Positions 16,399-19,622 of a DNA stretch of 19,622 bases are shown here, one piece after another. The position numbers and the translations under genes were made by a program. Numbering within the stretch: the first letter of the stretch is position 1; each line of letters opens with the position of its first letter. The DNA lies in NCBI GenBank assembly GCA_049972095.1, contig JBMFKQ010000024.1:7652-27273 (forward strand). The letters are read 5' to 3'. The stretch is from Elusimicrobiales bacterium (GTDB lineage: Bacteria > Elusimicrobiota > Elusimicrobia > Elusimicrobiales > UBA9959). The notes below the pieces were generated by a model that was given only the letters and a program-made list of their open reading frames with translations, was not told where the DNA came from and did no database searches.

Positions 16399-17715
16399 TC
16401 AATCTTTTGTCAATAATAAAAGCTCAAAACTTGCCTCGCTTATATCTATACCGCTGTTCTGGTATGTTGATATCACTTTTTTGAGATAGTTTATCAAGGC
16501 TGTTTTTGATGTATTTTCCATTTTAAGTTTTCTATATATCTCCATCTCTCTATCAAACTCCCTTTTTATAAGTTCAAGCTTCTGCTGCTGTCTTTTTCTC
16601 TCAAGATTTTCAAGATCCTCTTTTTCTTTTTTTTGTCTTTCAACAATACTGTTTAGAGTATTTAAAACTCTCTGGTTTTCCTTTACTAAATTTTCTTTAT
16701 CCGCTTTTTCTTTTTTGAGTTCTTTTTCTATCATCTCTATCTTGTATCTAAGTTCATCAGTTTGAGAAGAAAGCTCTGATATGTTTTTTTTGAGTTTTTC
16801 CTCCCTTTTCGCTGCCTGTGAAAGCTCATCAAGAAGATCCTTTCTATATTTTATCTCCCTTCTTATTATCTTTTCATACTCACTTTCTACATCCTGTCTT
16901 CCCCAGTAAAGGGTTATACCAAAAGAGCTGTTTATATAGCTTGGTTTATTAAGCATTGCTGAAAGCGAAAAAGAAAACTCCCATACCTCCCTGTTATAGA
17001 AAACACCAAAAGAAAGCCAATTAATGATAGAAGAAAAAGACATGGATGTGGAAAGCCTGAAATAACCATAGCGATAGGTTCTTATTATCTGGGATGCTGA
17101 AAACGAGCTAACAAAAGAACTCTTATCCTCAAAGCTGCTTTTGGAAATTGTCAAGCCCACTAAATAATCAGATATAAACCTTGAGACTGAAAATGAAATG
17201 CTTTCTGGTATTCCATATTTATATCCTCCAACACCAGCGTTCAAATTCTCAAATGAAAAACTTCCAACATAATCCTTTTTTCTCACAATAAACCCTCCAT
17301 CATAGCTGTTTTTTGATTCAAAACCATCTGCTTTTGAGATTCTTTTAAGAGAAAAACCTATATCCATATAACTATCCTCCATATCAAAAGCATGATAACT
17401 AGCAAAGCCTATTCTCTTAACCTCAGAGCTGAAATCTCTAAACCTCATCCTTTCATAGCCTATCATATATGTAAGATTTTTCCCTTTAAAAACCGATGGA
17501 TAAAAAAATGCAAAAGAGCTTGAACGATACTTCCTTTCAAAACCTTTTTCGTGTTTTATATCAGCATATGAGGCTGATGTTGTTATGTTTCTTATATCAC
17601 CAAATGTTGTAGGATTTGACATAATAGGAAAATAACTTACACAAAGTCCATAACCTTCTGAATAAGGATCTAATGAGTAGAGAAAAGAAAAGATAAACAT
17701 AATCACTTTAAACAT
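16399..17715 (-). CDS. Putative outer-membrane beta-barrel fused to a C-terminal coiled coil
   Basis: Short signal-like N-terminus, about 260 aa of Ser/Phe/Gly-rich alternating strands ending SFGITLYWG, then about 165 aa of E/K-rich helix. Confidence 0.6.
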   Translation of the reverse strand: MFKVIMFIFSFLYSLDPYSEGYGLCVSYFPIMSNPTTFGDIRNITTSASYADIKHEKGFERKYRSSSFAFFYPSVFKGKNLTYMIGYERMRFRDFSSEVKRIGFASYHAFDMEDSYMDIGFSLKRISKADGFESKNSYDGGFIVRKKDYVGSFSFENLNAGVGGYKYGIPESISFSVSRFISDYLVGLTISKSSFEDKSSFVSSFSASQIIRTYRYGYFRLSTSMSFSSIINWLSFGVFYNREVWEFSFSLSAMLNKPSYINSSFGITLYWGRQDVESEYEKIIRREIKYRKDLLDELSQAAKREEKLKKNISELSSQTDELRYKIEMIEKELKKEKADKENLVKENQRVLNTLNSIVERQKKEKEDLENLERKRQQQKLELIKREFDREMEIYRKLKMENTSKTALINYLKKVISTYQNSGIDISEASFELLLLTKD

Positions 17716-18083
17716 ATATCACTATTTTACAAACTTCAATTTTAAAGTTTTATTTATTTTTTGTTAAAAATAATTTAATGAAAAGATTTTGATGGCTGGT
17801 TTTTTAACACAACTCCTTTTTGGAGTTTGAGGGTAGAATAGATGTAATGAATACAAATAACACACTCAAAGCCCGCTTTTTTCATAAAAACACCTTATCC
17901 TACTATATATAGATAATGACTAAAAACAAGGGCACAAACTCAGGCTTAAGATTAAGAAAAAAGTCTCTACCAAAATGTTAGAATAAAATGAGAAGGTTAA
18001 GTATATTGGTAATCTCATAGTCTTAGGTTTTATGTATTAAGAGATACAAAAGACCTTCTAATGAAAAAAACTTCTCATAACTA

Positions 18084-19301
18084 ATGGAAGAGATAAAGAT
18101 TGTATATAAGGTAAGCGAGCTAAACAGTGAGATAAAAGAGATTTTAACTCATAGCTTTGAAAATATATGGGTTGAGGGTGAGATATCAGGTTTTAAGGTG
18201 TCTTCGCTTGATCACTTTTACTTTGATCTAAAAGATGAAAGTTCATTGATCTCCTGCGTTGTTTTCAAGTGGAATACTAAAAACATTGACTTTGAAATAA
18301 AAAATGGGCTGTTAGTAAGGGTGCTTGCAGATCTTACTACATTTGATAAACAGAGTAAATATCAGCTTATTGTCAAAAAAATAATACCTATCAATCTTGG
18401 TAAGCTATTTATAGAATTTGAAAAGCTTAAGAAAAAACTTCAGGATGAAGGGCTTTTTGATGAAAAAAGAAAGAAAACAATTCCTTTCTTCCCACAGACA
18501 GTTGGTGTTGTAACATCCCTTCACGGTGCAGCTATAAGAGATATAGTATCAGTTATAAGGAGAAGAGCACCATATATAAATATAATTATAAATCCTGTTA
18601 AGGTTCAGGGGGAAGGTGCAAAAGAAGAGATATCAAAAGCAATAGAAGATTTCAATAAATATCTTGGATATGTTGATGTTATTCTTGTTGGAAGGGGGGG
18701 AGGTTCAATGGAGGATCTTTGGGCTTTCAATGAAGAGATTGTTGCAAGGGCAATTGCATCCTCAAAAATTCCAATAATCTCATGTGTTGGACATCAAACA
18801 GATTTTACAATAGCAGACTTTGTTGCCGATTTAAGAGCACCAACACCATCAGCAGCAGCAGAGATTGTTTCGAAGAACGCCATAGATGTTATAAATCATA
18901 TAAAACAGATTGAAAAAAGATTGATATCCACCCTTCGTATTATCTATCATAGAATACTTTCGAAATTCTTTATATTTATAAACTCAACAGCATACCGAAA
19001 TCCTTATTCCCTCATAGAAAAAAAAGCAATGATGCTTGATGAGTTTTTAGAAAGGATGATATCATCAGTTGAAAAAAAATTTAAGGATGCATATATAAAA
19101 ACAGAAAATCTAAAGCTTAGAATTAAAAGCTCAGATCCAATTATGCCAATGAAGAGAGGATTTGCATCAGTAAGAAAAGGCTCAAAGATGGTAAAATCAG
19201 TATTTGACATTGAAAAAGATGATCTTATAAGCATCCATTTTATAGATGGGAAGGCAGAAACCCAAGTAAAAAATATAAACATTAAAGAGGAGGGGGAATG
19301 A
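18084..19301 (+). CDS. xseA: Exodeoxyribonuclease VII large subunit
   Basis: Motifs WVEGEISGF, HFYFDLKD, GAAIRDI, VGRGGGSMEDLWAFNEE and VGHQTDFTIADFVADLRAPTPSAAAE. Confidence 0.98.
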   Translation: MEEIKIVYKVSELNSEIKEILTHSFENIWVEGEISGFKVSSLDHFYFDLKDESSLISCVVFKWNTKNIDFEIKNGLLVRVLADLTTFDKQSKYQLIVKKIIPINLGKLFIEFEKLKKKLQDEGLFDEKRKKTIPFFPQTVGVVTSLHGAAIRDIVSVIRRRAPYINIIINPVKVQGEGAKEEISKAIEDFNKYLGYVDVILVGRGGGSMEDLWAFNEEIVARAIASSKIPIISCVGHQTDFTIADFVADLRAPTPSAAAEIVSKNAIDVINHIKQIEKRLISTLRIIYHRILSKFFIFINSTAYRNPYSLIEKKAMMLDEFLERMISSVEKKFKDAYIKTENLKLRIKSSDPIMPMKRGFASVRKGSKMVKSVFDIEKDDLISIHFIDGKAETQVKNINIKEEGE

Positions 19302-19522
19302 AAAAGAGTGATTTTGAATTTAAACTAAAAAGACTTGAGGAGATTGTCTTGAAACTTGAAAATGAAGAAACACCTCTTGAACAGGCTATAGAGCTCTTTG
19401 AGGAGGGTGTGAATATATCAAAAGAGCTAAATGAAAAACTTATAGAGATAAAAGGAAAGATTGAGGTAATAAAAAAAGACGCTGAGGGTAAGATAAAACT
19501 TGAGGAGTTAGAGGATCTATAA
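19298..19522 (+). CDS. xseB: Exodeoxyribonuclease VII small subunit
   Basis: FEFKLKRLEEIVLKLENEETPLEQAIELFEEG. ATGA overlap with xseA; SD GAGGGG. Confidence 0.96.
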   Translation: MKKSDFEFKLKRLEEIVLKLENEETPLEQAIELFEEGVNISKELNEKLIEIKGKIEVIKKDAEGKIKLEELEDL

Positions 19523-19539
19523 AATAAAACGCTTATCCA

Positions 19540-19622
19540 TTAAAACCACTTTATAAACTCATCCCATTTTGAGTCAGCTGCCCATTTAAGCTCATTAACC
19601 ATGATTCCAAACTATTAAAACA
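19540..19622 (-). pseudogene. Probable 3' remnant of a clostripain-family (peptidase C11) gene with an internal deletion
   Basis: One frame reads VLIVWNHG* (C11-like catalytic His motif). The adjacent frame continues NELKWAADSKWDEFIKWF*, which resembles C11-like C-termini. Only 83 nt are visible. Confidence 0.45.

Noticed and set aside
17724..17729. TAAAAT -10-like hexamer 8 nt upstream of ATG 17715 (possible near-leaderless start); also TGnTAGAAT at 17976-17984 for xseA
   Set aside because: Neither has a convincing -35 and such hexamers are common in AT-rich DNA, so they are not supportable as features.
17716..18083. Riboswitch or ncRNA (e.g. c-di-GMP) in the divergent intergenic region; short inverted repeats such as ATGAGAAG/CTTCTCAT
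   Set aside because: No recognisable aptamer consensus, and the stems are short and expected in AT-rich DNA. An Infernal/Rfam scan would settle it.
18694..18700. G7 tract in xseA
   Set aside because: It encodes the conserved RGGG motif of a housekeeping gene.
1..19622. CRISPR arrays, tRNA/rRNA genes, IS elements or integrases
   Set aside because: No regularly spaced nucleotide repeats, RNA-gene signatures or transposase/integrase motifs were seen, and coding density leaves little room for them.

Overview
AT-rich bacterial chromosomal window from a diderm (it has a secretin and several outer-membrane beta-barrels). The gene set suggests Elusimicrobiota or a similar lineage, but that is inference only. 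About 17.7 kb is one co-oriented, tightly packed minus-strand cluster. In reading order it encodes: a beta-barrel/coiled-coil protein; a coiled-coil/TM/beta-propeller protein; a 1078-aa FlgD-Ig repeat protein with a T9SS-CTD-like C-terminus; a PorV/PorQ-like barrel; two small Flp-type pilins (one missed by the ORF track); TadE; CpaB; a very small secretin; a CpaE(TadZ)-TadA fusion ATPase; TadB with an extra periplasmic domain; TadC; a TPR protein; a second barrel; and a GAF-PAS histidine kinase cut off by the window edge. A divergent xseA-xseB pair follows, then what looks like an internally deleted clostripain-family remnant. The main point of interest is a non-canonical Tad/Flp pilus system coupled to T9SS-like (PorV + CTD cargo) genes.
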